In this document: piece by piece, positions 1 through 10,071 of the stretch
How the letters are laid out: the number at the start of each line of letters is the position of its first letter
Numbering within the stretch: the stretch's first letter is position 1
Assembly: GCA_051251915.1 (NCBI GenBank)
Contig: JBPOGF010000005.1
Span: 32,001-96,000, forward strand
DNA length: 64,000 bases
Direction of reading: 5' to 3'
Origin: Akkermansiaceae bacterium
GTDB taxonomy: Bacteria; Verrucomicrobiota; Verrucomicrobiia; Verrucomicrobiales; Akkermansiaceae
Program-made: the position numbers and the translations under genes
The notes under the pieces: model-generated
The model's database searches: none
The model's input: only the letters and a program-made list of their open reading frames with translations
Told to the model about the DNA's origin: nothing

Positions 1-10
1 TAATTCTATT

Positions 11-1552
11 ATGAAAATAAAGATTTCTATACTCACCAGCAGTTTGCTTTTAGCGGGGTGGAGCTTTGGACAGAATGTTCAGGCGGGGGAGGTGAGGCAA
101 CCGAATGTGATTTTTTTGAAGACGGATGATCAGCGGTATGATTCGCTTTCTATGACTGGGCATCCGGTGACTGAGACGCCGAATATTGACCTCTTAGCGG
201 AGGAGGGAGTTTTCTTTAATAAGGCATTTATTACTAGTCCGATTTGTGGTCCTAGTAGGGCAAACTTTTTCACGGCGCAGTGGGAGCGGAAGAATCGTCA
301 GGGGTTCACGATGCTGTCTAAAAACCATATTTCAGAAGCGCTCTTTGATAACAGCTGGCAGATGAAGTTGAAGGCTGCGGGGTATTTTACTGGGTATATA
401 GGTAAGCATCATGCGAAGATTGGGAATGGTAAGAGGAAGAATGCTTACATGAAGGAGAATATTGATTTCTGTTATCTTCATGAGGGGCATTTGGGATTCA
501 ATCTGCATAAGAAGAAGGTCTTCCAGAACTTGAAACATTCGTCACAGATTGAGGGGCTTTATGAAGCTTCTGCGGTGTTCTTGAGCCCGGGAAATGATAA
601 GCAATATTTCTTTGAAAATGCTGATGCTTCGGTGAGGAATTTCCTCATGGATAGAGACCAGACCAAGCCATTTGCTTTGTCTATTAATTTGAACCTGCCG
701 CATGCTTCTAGCATTGGTGGGATGGGGAAGGAAGAGTCTGATCCTGAGATGTATAGGAGCCTTTATAACGATAAGAAGGATCAGTTCCTGTTTCCTAAGG
801 GCTATCCATTTGCGGCTACGACCTTGCCGGATAGTGTCTTCGCGACGTCGGATTTGATGGGGTATTATGGCGTTTCGAATGAGAAGAAATTGCTCGATAA
901 AAAGATCAAGATGGCGCGTGCGGTTGCGGGGATAGATCTGATGGTGGGGAAGCTGCGAGAGGAGTTGAAGAAGATGAAGGTCGAGGATAATACGATCATT
1001 GTTTTCGCTTCGGATCACGGCTTGTTGCTGGGTGAGCATGGTTTGGGCGGGAAGACGTTTTTGTATGAGGAGTCGATCCAGATTCCGATGATTATTTACT
1101 CACCTAGCTTCTGTGAATCTGAGCGAGGGAAGAAGATAGATCAGCTTGTGGTAGGGCAAGATATACCACCGACGATTCTTGAGCTTTGTGGCATAGAAAC
1201 ACCGGATACGTATCAGGGTGTCAGTACCTTACCTCTGATCAAGGGAGAGGATGTGGTGTGGCGCAATGACATCTTCTGTGAGAATCTTTTCACGATGCAG
1301 GGGTATCCTCGGATGGAGGCTGTGAGAGGCGAGAAATGGAAATACATTCGCTATTTTTCCAAGGAGAATGACCGGGACAAATACCTGCCAGACGCATCGA
1401 TCAATGGTGAGAAGGCTGTGTATGAGGAGCTGTTTGATCTGGAGAGTGATCCTAAGGAGAGCAATAATTTAGCGGGTGATAAGAAGTATGCTGAAGTGTT
1501 GAAGAAACAGAGAAAACGTTGCCAGGAATTGGTGGTGGAGATGGCGAAGTAG
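11..1552 (+). CDS. Sulfatase (formylglycine-dependent, S1 type), secreted
   Basis: Signal peptide; PNVIFLKTDDQ; CxPxR motif (ICGPSRA); GKHH; SDHG and GKTFLYEES. Confidence 0.93.
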   Translation: MKIKISILTSSLLLAGWSFGQNVQAGEVRQPNVIFLKTDDQRYDSLSMTGHPVTETPNIDLLAEEGVFFNKAFITSPICGPSRANFFTAQWERKNRQGFTMLSKNHISEALFDNSWQMKLKAAGYFTGYIGKHHAKIGNGKRKNAYMKENIDFCYLHEGHLGFNLHKKKVFQNLKHSSQIEGLYEASAVFLSPGNDKQYFFENADASVRNFLMDRDQTKPFALSINLNLPHASSIGGMGKEESDPEMYRSLYNDKKDQFLFPKGYPFAATTLPDSVFATSDLMGYYGVSNEKKLLDKKIKMARAVAGIDLMVGKLREELKKMKVEDNTIIVFASDHGLLLGEHGLGGKTFLYEESIQIPMIIYSPSFCESERGKKIDQLVVGQDIPPTILELCGIETPDTYQGVSTLPLIKGEDVVWRNDIFCENLFTMQGYPRMEAVRGEKWKYIRYFSKENDRDKYLPDASINGEKAVYEELFDLESDPKESNNLAGDKKYAEVLKKQRKRCQELVVEMAK

Positions 1553-1791
1553 TGGGCTGTTTTGGTTGTGTGGTTGAGAGAGGTGAATCATGGAGGGGCA
1601 ATACTAGCCGTGATAAAATTCAGTGGCTAGTTCTCGATTTAGGGGTATCAGGTTAGTGACTTTAGTCTTTTTCAGTGACGTCTTGCGGCATGAATGTTAT
1701 TGGTAAAATGTCAGGGTGGATCAGTGGTCAGTTTTTAATTACCCTCGCTCATCTCTAGCGTGTCGGCTAGTGTCGTTATAAATTTGTTGTT

Positions 1792-2238
1792 ATGCTAATA
1801 AATATGAAGCCCAAGACTCCCATTATATTTGCCACAATCATCCTTATATTCCTGAGCTCTATTCTTGCCTACGCTGATAAGTCAGGACCTTTTTCTATTG
1901 GTATTTACAACACAAGAATACCTAACACAACGTTGATCGCCCAAAGCACGTATCAACAGAATATGAAGACTAAGGACCGTACTCATAATTGTGTCGTAGG
2001 CTATGAGAGAGATAAAGAGGACGGCACCGTATTCATCCCTATTATTGGGTTACCGCAATTAACCAATGATACTTACGTTATTAAATGTGAAAAGGGTGTG
2101 CTCAAGGTAACAACGACAAAGGATGCGAAGTTCATTATGTCGATAGATATCAGCTCCATCGCACCAACACTGATTAATGAAGATTTTGATGAAGCTAGGC
2201 AGATCAAAGAATCTAGGCAAAATTGGAACAAAAATTGA
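1792..2238 (+). CDS. Hypothetical secreted protein
   Basis: ORF with signal-peptide-like N-terminus; AT-rich and lacking the local G/T skew; start may be ATG 1804. Confidence 0.6.
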   Translation: MLINMKPKTPIIFATIILIFLSSILAYADKSGPFSIGIYNTRIPNTTLIAQSTYQQNMKTKDRTHNCVVGYERDKEDGTVFIPIIGLPQLTNDTYVIKCEKGVLKVTTTKDAKFIMSIDISSIAPTLINEDFDEARQIKESRQNWNKN

Positions 2239-2249
2239 AATTAACAAAA

Positions 2250-2966
2250 ATGATCAGATTCCGTACATTCTCAATCTTAACAGCGCTGCTATTTCCATTT
2301 ACGACGAGTGCACAGAGTACTTCGTTAGAACCAGCTGAGGGGTATTTCTCGAGTTACAACTTTTCTCACGAGTACCGCATTAAAGTTCGAAACATTCTCT
2401 TGAAGGGAATAAGTGATAAACCAGATGCCATGCTTGTGACTTTAGCTTCTTTCAGCCCTGAGACGGCCATTGTTCTGAGCGAGGGAGAACTGATAGAGTT
2501 GAAGTGCTCTAAGCAGATTTGGAACAATGATGCTCCTGAGAAAATCATAGTGAAAAAGCGGTCGATTCGCCTTTCCAAAGAGTTAGCAGAAGCTGTTCAA
2601 ACGTTGTGGTTTGATGCTTTGGGATCTACTAGATATTCCAATGAGAGAAGAGCGGGGCTTGATGGAGCCTCACATTATTTTACATCCTTCAGAGTGGGGC
2701 TGGGATTACGCGCTGCGAGGGCATGGTCACCTGCAGAGAAAAGCTTACCTTCAGAACTTCTTCGAGTCGCACACGAACTCATTAATCTTAAAGCTGGAGA
2801 ATCCAAAACAGAGAAGAAATTACTTTCAGAAGTTAGGGCTATACATGCCACAATAATCAAAAAAGAAAAGACCAGCGCTGACCAATCTGCTACCGCTTCA
2901 GAGGCGAAGTCAAAGGGCAGTTCACCCCCCCCTCAAAAACCTAAATCAGAGGAACGCTCCTATTAG
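2250..2966 (+). CDS. Hypothetical secreted protein with low-complexity C-terminal tail
   Basis: ATG at 2250 gives the signal peptide MIRFRTFSILTALLFPFTTSA; tail SADQSATASEAKSKG...KPKSEERSY. Confidence 0.7.
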   Translation: MIRFRTFSILTALLFPFTTSAQSTSLEPAEGYFSSYNFSHEYRIKVRNILLKGISDKPDAMLVTLASFSPETAIVLSEGELIELKCSKQIWNNDAPEKIIVKKRSIRLSKELAEAVQTLWFDALGSTRYSNERRAGLDGASHYFTSFRVGLGLRAARAWSPAEKSLPSELLRVAHELINLKAGESKTEKKLLSEVRAIHATIIKKEKTSADQSATASEAKSKGSSPPPQKPKSEERSY

Positions 2967-3008
2967 TGGGAGAGTGATCTTTCACGATAGATTGAAATAG
3001 AAAGAAAA

Positions 3009-3437
3009 ATGACTCGGCGAAAGACTATATGGTTAATGATTGCTATCGCAGTTGTTGGCGGGGTTATTTTTTTGGGGTATCGAGTTCACCGCACTGTACG
3101 TGAGGCGTATGCTTCCGAGTGGGTTGCTGGGCATGTGATCCGATATATGGAGGCCAATAATGGTAGGTGGCCGGAACGTTGGGAAGATTTGAGACCGATC
3201 CATGATCAAGCAGTTTTGAAGAGCAGAGATGCTAGCTCTTGGTCATTTGAGATGCTTCAGCGTCACGTCATCGTGGATTGGAATGCTGATCCTGCAAAGC
3301 TCGTCAAGATTCCGAAGAGTTCTGGTTCTCCGCCTTTTCAAGTGATCCGTGGTCGTCATGGTGCTTATTGGTCTGGTATGGAACCGAATAGGCTTATCCA
3401 CGAATGGCTGCTTACCAATTTGGATTCATCACTGTAA
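3009..3437 (+). CDS. Hypothetical membrane-anchored protein
   Basis: 142-aa ORF with one N-terminal hydrophobic helix. Confidence 0.65.
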   Translation: MTRRKTIWLMIAIAVVGGVIFLGYRVHRTVREAYASEWVAGHVIRYMEANNGRWPERWEDLRPIHDQAVLKSRDASSWSFEMLQRHVIVDWNADPAKLVKIPKSSGSPPFQVIRGRHGAYWSGMEPNRLIHEWLLTNLDSSL

Positions 3438-3671
3438 AGGTGTTTTGTTGGGGCAAGGGCGATATATTGATGAACCGTCGCAGCCAGCTTTTCTCAGATG
3501 GACAGGGGGGGCTTCTTTTCATACCTTGTCTATTATTTCTGATACTTCCTTCTAACGAATAAACTGAGCGAACAAGATACGGGGATTAACGGTTAAGCTA
3601 CTTGTTGTGGTTCGATGTTGTGGAGGATTTTTTGCGTGCTAGGGGATGGGAAATCGTTTATGGCTTGTGGT

Positions 3672-4796
3672 ATGAATGATGAAATAAAGCGTAGACCATT
3701 TTTGAAGACATTGATAGGGGCGGGGGTGGCTTCGTCTATTGTGAAGGGACAGGAGGGTGAGAAGGCTGCTGCTGGTGGTTCTGATAAGCAAGGAAAGCAG
3801 GTGGGGTGGGCGCTGGTGGGGCTGAGTAGGCTGAGTCAGAACTCGATAGGGAAGGCTCTGGAGAAGACGGAGCATGCGAAGCTTACGGGGATAGTGACGG
3901 GGACGCCGGCTAAGGCTGAGGAGTGGCAGAAGAAGTATGGGGTGCCAGATAGTGGTGTTTATAATTACGATAATTTTGATGAGATCATCAATAATCCTGA
4001 CATCCAGGTGGTGTATATTGTGCTGCCTAATTCGCTGCATAAGGATTTTGCGATCAGGGCGGCTAAGGCTGGGAAGCATGTGTATGTGGAGAAGCCGATG
4101 GCGATAACTCCGGAAGACTGTAGGGAGATGATAGCGGCGTGTGATGAGGCTAAGGTGAAGTTGGGTGTGGCGTATCGGTTGCAGTTTGAGCCTCATCATG
4201 TGGAGGCGATGCGATTTGCTAGGGAGAAGGTATTTGGTGAGGTGATGCATATGGATGCTGGGTTTGGGTTCCATATGGGAGATCCTAATCAGTGGAGGCT
4301 GAAGAAGGCGATGGGTGGTGGTGCGATGTATGATGTGGGGGTTTATGTGATCCAGGCGGCGCGTTATATTTTTGATGAGGAGCCGGTGTCAGTGAGTGCG
4401 GTGGAAGCGAAGACGGATAAGGAGAAGTTTGCGGAGGTGGATGAGACGGTTACTTGGATGATGCAGTTTGCTTCTGGGAAGACGGCGAATCTCTTTACTT
4501 CCTTTAATCTGGGCGGGAATAATCATATGACGGTTTATGCGAAGAAGGGTAGGTTTGGGATCAAGCCTAGCTTTGGGACGCGAGGTCAGGCAGGGTGGAC
4601 TTCGAATCCAGATATACCTCTTTCCTTTCCGAAGACTGATCATTTTAAGGATCAGATCGATTTATTTTCTAAGGCGATTATAGATGGTAAGGACTGGGAG
4701 GTGGATGGCTCAGAGGGGCTGAAAGATCACTTGGTGATGGAGGCTGTGTTTAAGTCGATCGCTAGTGGGAAGGTGGAGATGGTGGGGAAGGCTTAG
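3672..4796 (+). CDS. Gfo/Idh/MocA oxidoreductase (glucose-fructose oxidoreductase-like), Tat-exported
   Basis: KRRPFLK twin-arginine signal; AGKHVYVEKPMA; GGGAMYDVGVY; start moved to ATG 3672. Confidence 0.9.
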   Translation: MNDEIKRRPFLKTLIGAGVASSIVKGQEGEKAAAGGSDKQGKQVGWALVGLSRLSQNSIGKALEKTEHAKLTGIVTGTPAKAEEWQKKYGVPDSGVYNYDNFDEIINNPDIQVVYIVLPNSLHKDFAIRAAKAGKHVYVEKPMAITPEDCREMIAACDEAKVKLGVAYRLQFEPHHVEAMRFAREKVFGEVMHMDAGFGFHMGDPNQWRLKKAMGGGAMYDVGVYVIQAARYIFDEEPVSVSAVEAKTDKEKFAEVDETVTWMMQFASGKTANLFTSFNLGGNNHMTVYAKKGRFGIKPSFGTRGQAGWTSNPDIPLSFPKTDHFKDQIDLFSKAIIDGKDWEVDGSEGLKDHLVMEAVFKSIASGKVEMVGKA

Positions 4797-4815
4797 CCCA
4801 TCTGGCTTCAAAATT

Positions 4816-5121
4816 ATGCACCTATTTAACGTTTTCATTATTTCTGTACTTAGCAGCTTAGCAGTGTCTTCCTGTAGCAAAGAGGAGGCTAGTTCAGCTG
4901 CTAGTGAGGTGTCTATTCTGCCGGAGGATGGGGATGAATACACATACGAGGTTGGTGTGGTAGAAGTGGAGACAGTGTCTGAGGTAGTGGTGGACAGCAA
5001 GGTGGTTCCTCTGGAATCTAGGCCCGCAGGGAAGGCTATGCGAGCGCTGGTAGAGAGTCTAAGCGAGGAGGAAAAAGAAGCGATACCGGTTATTGAGCTA
5101 GATTCTGGTGATGGTGAGTAA
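4816..5121 (+). CDS. Putative small lipoprotein
   Basis: ATG 4816 gives MHLFNVFIISVLSSLAVSSC (lipobox-like) and an acidic mature region. Confidence 0.55.
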   Translation: MHLFNVFIISVLSSLAVSSCSKEEASSAASEVSILPEDGDEYTYEVGVVEVETVSEVVVDSKVVPLESRPAGKAMRALVESLSEEEKEAIPVIELDSGDGE

Positions 5122-5166
5122 CTTTATGAAAAACTGAGTGAATAATCAGGGTAGATAGCGATAGAT

Positions 5167-5895
5167 ATGATGAAGAAAATGATACGAATGAAATTAGGAT
5201 GGGGTCTGATTTGTGGGTTGTTGTGCACGTATGGTGCTATGGGGCAAGAGGGGTTGGAGAAGGATGATGTGGTGGTGTTTCTGGGGGATTCTATTACTCA
5301 GGAGGGGGTGAGGCCTGGGAGTTATATTGATTTGACTGGTAAGACCATTGAGAAGGTTATGCCGGAGTTGAATATTGAGTTGGTGGGTGCTGGGGTGAGT
5401 GGGAATAAGGTTTCTAATTGTTTGAGGCGTCTAGACCGTGATGTGTTGAAGAAGGATCCGGATGTGGTGGTGATTTATATTGGGATTAATGATGTGTGGC
5501 ATTGGATTCATCCGTTGATTGTGAAGCGTGGGGGGAAGGGGACTAGTGCGGAGGATTTTGAGATGGGTTTGAAGTCTATGATCAAGCAGATTAATGATGT
5601 GGGGGCGCGGGTGATCTTGTGTACTCCTACGGTGATAGGGGAGAAGACTGATGGGTCTAATGAGATGGATAAGATGCTGGGTGAGTTTGCTGAGATTAGC
5701 CGTAAGGTTTCTCGGGAGTCCGGTTCTCAGTTGTTGGATTTGCGGAGGGAGTTTATTGATTATTTGAAGGAGCATAATCCTGAGAATGTTGAGAAGGGGA
5801 TACTTACGAGGGATGGGGTGCATCTGACGGATAGGGGTAATGTTTTCTTGTCTGGGTTGATGCTTGATGCGCTGAATGTGGGTGGTGGTGAGTAG
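5167..5895 (+). CDS. SGNH/GDSL hydrolase
   Basis: FLGDSIT, GVSGN, IGINDV and DGVH blocks. Confidence 0.92.
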   Translation: MMKKMIRMKLGWGLICGLLCTYGAMGQEGLEKDDVVVFLGDSITQEGVRPGSYIDLTGKTIEKVMPELNIELVGAGVSGNKVSNCLRRLDRDVLKKDPDVVVIYIGINDVWHWIHPLIVKRGGKGTSAEDFEMGLKSMIKQINDVGARVILCTPTVIGEKTDGSNEMDKMLGEFAEISRKVSRESGSQLLDLRREFIDYLKEHNPENVEKGILTRDGVHLTDRGNVFLSGLMLDALNVGGGE

Positions 5896-5920
5896 GTTTT
5901 AGCTTTGGTATTTATTTAGT

Positions 5921-6196
5921 ATGGCGACTATTTCACGAGGGGTTCCTGGGGGGTGTTTGATAGGGCTGGGGGCGATTTTTTGCTTTATTTTTGCGTTGTT
6001 GGGAGCTTGGGGGATGTGGTTGTGGTTTGGTTTGCCGGATGATGAGCGTGTGTATAGTCGGTATTTCTGGACGATGTTGTCGGTGTTGGTTGGTGGTGTG
6101 TTGGGGGCGGTTGTGTTGTGCTTTTTTGCGGTGAGGATGGTGAGGGGGATGGATAGTGCGGGCGATAAGGATTATGAGCCTATGATTAGGTGGTAG
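5921..6196 (+). CDS. Small two-TM membrane protein
   Basis: Two hydrophobic segments; co-oriented with neighbours. Confidence 0.55.
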   Translation: MATISRGVPGGCLIGLGAIFCFIFALLGAWGMWLWFGLPDDERVYSRYFWTMLSVLVGGVLGAVVLCFFAVRMVRGMDSAGDKDYEPMIRW

Positions 6197-6300
6197 GTGT
6201 GGTGGGTGGAGTGCAGGGGTATTTAGTAATTAGAGCGCCTATGGAGGTTTGTTATTCTCGGATCAGTTCTTTTGTGCTCTAGTGGAGTGGTTAAAACTTT

Positions 6301-6732
6301 ATGTGTACTCTTACTAAAAGTCTCTGGCATTGTCATCGAGTAGGAGCTCTTGGGGATGGGGGGGTATTTGGCGATCGTTATCTGGCTGTTGTTCCTGAGG
6401 AGAAGTGTGTTTTTATGATTCTTCCTATGAGGATAGGAAATGGATCAAAGGTAAGGATTGTGGCTTTTAGTATCTGGTATGAGATGGTGATGGAGCAAGA
6501 ATTACGTATATCTCTTATCAAGCGGGGAGGTTCGCGCTGGACGAAGGTATTCTATCGTGAAGAGGATGATTTTTTGCAGTGGTCGGAGCCTAGAAATGGT
6601 GAGTTTTTTAATATGTTTGGTAGTAAGGTTGATTGGGGGTTTCTTGATGGGGAGTATTTGGTGAGGTTTGAGGAGGCATTAGAACGTGCTAGGAAGATAA
6701 AACTTCATAATGTGGAGAGAGGAATGGGATAG
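6301..6732 (+). CDS. Hypothetical protein
   Basis: 143-aa ORF filling the gap on the coding strand; no motif recognised. Confidence 0.4.
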   Translation: MCTLTKSLWHCHRVGALGDGGVFGDRYLAVVPEEKCVFMILPMRIGNGSKVRIVAFSIWYEMVMEQELRISLIKRGGSRWTKVFYREEDDFLQWSEPRNGEFFNMFGSKVDWGFLDGEYLVRFEEALERARKIKLHNVERGMG

Positions 6733-6825
6733 TGGTGATAAAAATGGAATGGTTGCTGATGGCTTGGGTTTGATTCAAAAGGAGATGTGTTGATTCTTTT
6801 TCTGAGTGGTCTTAGACTAAGAGGT

Positions 6826-7761
6826 ATGAGGAAGCACCGTGTATCTATTTCATTGTTCATTACGTGGGTTTTGGTTTTGACGGTGGTTGCTGGTGAGGTG
6901 AGGGTGGTGACTTGGGATACGGATCATGCTGCTGTGCCGGCGAAGCTTGATGAGAAGCAAAAGAATCTTTTTGGGATTATACGTTTGGGGGTTTCAGTAG
7001 TACCTGAGCCTAAGGTGATGGAGTTTACGTTTCTGGGAGGTAGTGCGCTGGGGCTTTCACCAGAGCAGGCGAGGTCTTTGCAGTCTTTATTGGTGAATCG
7101 GTATAAGAAGATAGAAGCTGATGAGAGATTTTCTAGGCTTCCGTCTGCGCTACCGTATTGTTTTTCTGCGAAGAAGCCTGGAAATGGTTTAGCGTCTGTC
7201 TATGTTCCTGATTTGGTGACTGGGAAGACGAATGTGATTTTGTTTCTGCATGGGTTTGGTGGGAGCTTTATTTATTATCAACATTACTTGGCGTCAATTT
7301 TTCCTGATCATGTGATTATTTGTCCTGCGTATGGTGTTAGCTGCTCACATATTTCTAGTGTTTATCTTGAGGAGTGTGTTGAAGCGGTGAGGAAGGATGT
7401 GAAGGTTGAGTTCAAGAAGCCGGTTCTTATGGGGCTTTCGGCTGGTGGGTTTGGCGGTTTTAGAGAGTATGCTCGGCGTCCGGGTTCTTATGCTGGTTTT
7501 ATTTGTTTGGCGGCATTTCCTCCTAAAGATGTGATTCCGGTTAGTCCGCGTGATGGTAGGATCAGGGTTGTGGCTGGGGGTGATGAGGTGTTTGTGAAGA
7601 ATGGAATGTTAGGGCGTGCGGAAGATAGGTTGAAACGTCGGACTGCGGATTATGTTTCTCATCTGATAGCGGATAGTGGACATTTTTTTATGTTGAGTGC
7701 TGAAGAGGCTACAACAGTGGTTTTGAGGAAATGGAATGAGACATTGCAAGGTGAGAGGTGA
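6826..7761 (+). CDS. Alpha/beta hydrolase, probably secreted
   Basis: FLHGFGG oxyanion motif; GLSAG nucleophile elbow; C-terminal SGHF; signal peptide from ATG 6826. Confidence 0.8.
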   Translation: MRKHRVSISLFITWVLVLTVVAGEVRVVTWDTDHAAVPAKLDEKQKNLFGIIRLGVSVVPEPKVMEFTFLGGSALGLSPEQARSLQSLLVNRYKKIEADERFSRLPSALPYCFSAKKPGNGLASVYVPDLVTGKTNVILFLHGFGGSFIYYQHYLASIFPDHVIICPAYGVSCSHISSVYLEECVEAVRKDVKVEFKKPVLMGLSAGGFGGFREYARRPGSYAGFICLAAFPPKDVIPVSPRDGRIRVVAGGDEVFVKNGMLGRAEDRLKRRTADYVSHLIADSGHFFMLSAEEATTVVLRKWNETLQGER

Positions 7762-7884
7762 TAGGGTGGCGTGGTGGGGGTAAGTTTTTGTGGTTGTGGG
7801 ATGGGCTTGCAAAATGGGTGGTTGGGTTATAGAAGTTTGGTGTGCGGTGAGCAGGGGTTCTCTCTGGTGGCTGTGGACTGAATT

Positions 7885-9189
7885 ATGGCTAAGCAATCTA
7901 ACTCTAAGAGAAGACCTCGCGTGGTGATCGTGGGTGGGGGATTTGGTGGAATAGCGGCGGCTAAGCAGCTGCGGAAGACGGATGTGGATGTGATTTTGAT
8001 TGATCGGAGGAATTATCATTTGTTTCAGCCGTTGTTGTATCAGGTGGCTACGGCGGGGTTGAATCCGTCTGATATTGCGTCACCGATTCGTAAGATTTTC
8101 CGTAAGCAGAAGAATTTGAGGTCGATCTTGGGGGCGGTGGAGAGTGTGGATCTGGAGGGGCGTAGGATTTTTGTGAAGGGTGAGCCGGTGCGGTATGATT
8201 ATTTGGTGTTGGCGGCGGGTGCTACGCATTCTTATTTTGGTAAGGATGAGTGGGCTGAGCATGCTCCTGGGCTGAAGACGCTGGATGATGCTACGGAGAT
8301 TAGGCGGCGGTTTTTGTTGGCATTTGAGGCGGCGGAGGTGGAGGCTGATGTACAGGCGCGGGAGGCTAGGTTGACTTTTGTGGTGGTGGGAGGTGGTCCT
8401 ACTGGGTGTGAGATGGCTGGGGCGATGGCTGAGGTGGCGCATACGATTCCGGATGATTTCCGTGAGGTGGATACTTCTACGGCTCGAGTGATTTTGATAC
8501 AGAGCGGTGATAGGGTGTTGAAGTCATTTCCTAAGGAGAGCTCGGATGCGGCGTATGATCAGCTGAAGGATCTGGGGGTGGAGATGAAGTTGCATACGAG
8601 GGTGACTGAGGTGCGTGCTGATGGGGTGATGTGTGGGGAGGAATTTATCCCTGCCAATAATGTTTTCTGGGCAGCTGGGGTGAAGGCGAGTCCGCTGGGG
8701 GATTCTCTGGGGGTAGCGCAGGATAGGTCTGGGAGGGTGATTGTGGAGCCAGATTTGAGTGTGCCGGGGCATACTAAGGTGTTTGTGATAGGGGATCAGG
8801 CAGCGGCGAAGGATGCTAAGACGGGTGATCCGGTTCCTGGTGTGGCGCAGGGTGCGATCCAGGGTGGAGATTATGTGGGGAAGATTATCCGGAAAGAGCT
8901 TGAGGATGATACTTGGGTAGAGAGGGGAGAGTTTAGTTATTTTGATAAGGGGAATTTGGCGACGATAGGGCGGAATAAGGCGGTGGCTGATATCCGGGGG
9001 TTTAAGCTGAAGGGGTTTGTGGCTTGGTTTATCTGGGCACTGGTTCACATTATGTTTTTGGTGAATTTCCGCAGTAAGTTATCGGTAGGTTTTAGCTGGG
9101 CGTGGATGTATTTGTTTGGCAGCAGGGGGGCGAGATTGATTACAGGGAAGAGTGATTATGAGATTAAACAGGCTCCTGAGGATGAGTGA
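7885..9189 (+). CDS. ndh: Type II NADH:quinone oxidoreductase (NDH-2)
   Basis: IVGGGFGG, FQPLLYQVAT, VGGGPTGCEMAG, WAAGV, IGD. Confidence 0.93.
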   Translation: MAKQSNSKRRPRVVIVGGGFGGIAAAKQLRKTDVDVILIDRRNYHLFQPLLYQVATAGLNPSDIASPIRKIFRKQKNLRSILGAVESVDLEGRRIFVKGEPVRYDYLVLAAGATHSYFGKDEWAEHAPGLKTLDDATEIRRRFLLAFEAAEVEADVQAREARLTFVVVGGGPTGCEMAGAMAEVAHTIPDDFREVDTSTARVILIQSGDRVLKSFPKESSDAAYDQLKDLGVEMKLHTRVTEVRADGVMCGEEFIPANNVFWAAGVKASPLGDSLGVAQDRSGRVIVEPDLSVPGHTKVFVIGDQAAAKDAKTGDPVPGVAQGAIQGGDYVGKIIRKELEDDTWVERGEFSYFDKGNLATIGRNKAVADIRGFKLKGFVAWFIWALVHIMFLVNFRSKLSVGFSWAWMYLFGSRGARLITGKSDYEIKQAPEDE

Positions 9190-9238
9190 TTTGGATATTG
9201 ATGATTGTATAGTGAGTAGTTGGGGGTAAGTTTTTGGG

Positions 9239-10027
9239 ATGAAGGGTATCTTATTGACGTTGGTTGGGGGTGTTTTTTGCTTGGGGATGTGCTTTGTAGG
9301 GGCGCAGTCGTTGGGGCATTTATCGGGTGCTGGAGGAAACAAGGTGGTTGATGGGTGGAGGTTTTCTGGGACGCAGAAGTGGGATGGGAGGTATTTGGGG
9401 TATACGAAGGAGGAGACGCGGTATTTGGGGAAGGATTGGAGAACTCGGTTTGTGTTGCCAGAGCCTCCGGCAAATTCTTCTGAGAGGACGCGGGCGGAGT
9501 TGGAGTATTTGAAAGGGCTTATTTCTGAGCGGAAGGCGCATAAGGGGGCGATAGTGGGTGAGGTGGTTACGCAGAATTTTAGGTGGGGGAAGTATACTTA
9601 TGGGGAGTTGATTGATGGGAAGAAGTTTAAGCATACGAGTAGGTTGATATTGGCAACTTACAAGGATCTGGGGGTGGTTTGTTTTGTGTTTAAGCAGAAG
9701 TTTGATCGGGTGAGGCCGTCTGTTTTGGCGGGGAAAGTGGGGATGAAGTTAGGGACGGTGGTGGAGATTCCGGGGCATCCGGCTTATCCTAGTGGGCATG
9801 CTACGGGGGCATTTACGTTGGCGTATATTTTGCAGGAGCTTGATCCTGAGAATGGGGAGGTTTATCGGGCGGATGCTTTGAGGATTGCGCGTAATAGGGA
9901 GATTGGTGGGTTGCATTATCCGAGTGATACTGAGGCTGGGAGGTTGCTGGGGCGGCAGATTGCGGATTCGCTTATGGAGGATGAGAGTTATCGAGTGATG
10001 CTGGAAGCGGCGCGTTCTGAGTGGTAG
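9239..10027 (+). CDS. PAP2-superfamily (class A-like) acid phosphatase, secreted
   Basis: KxxxxxxRP (KQKFDRVRP), YPSGH, RxxGGLHYPSD. Confidence 0.88.
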   Translation: MKGILLTLVGGVFCLGMCFVGAQSLGHLSGAGGNKVVDGWRFSGTQKWDGRYLGYTKEETRYLGKDWRTRFVLPEPPANSSERTRAELEYLKGLISERKAHKGAIVGEVVTQNFRWGKYTYGELIDGKKFKHTSRLILATYKDLGVVCFVFKQKFDRVRPSVLAGKVGMKLGTVVEIPGHPAYPSGHATGAFTLAYILQELDPENGEVYRADALRIARNREIGGLHYPSDTEAGRLLGRQIADSLMEDESYRVMLEAARSEW

Positions 10028-10071
10028 ATTTATAGCCGTAGACAATTTTTGGATTTGAGATATAATCTGGC

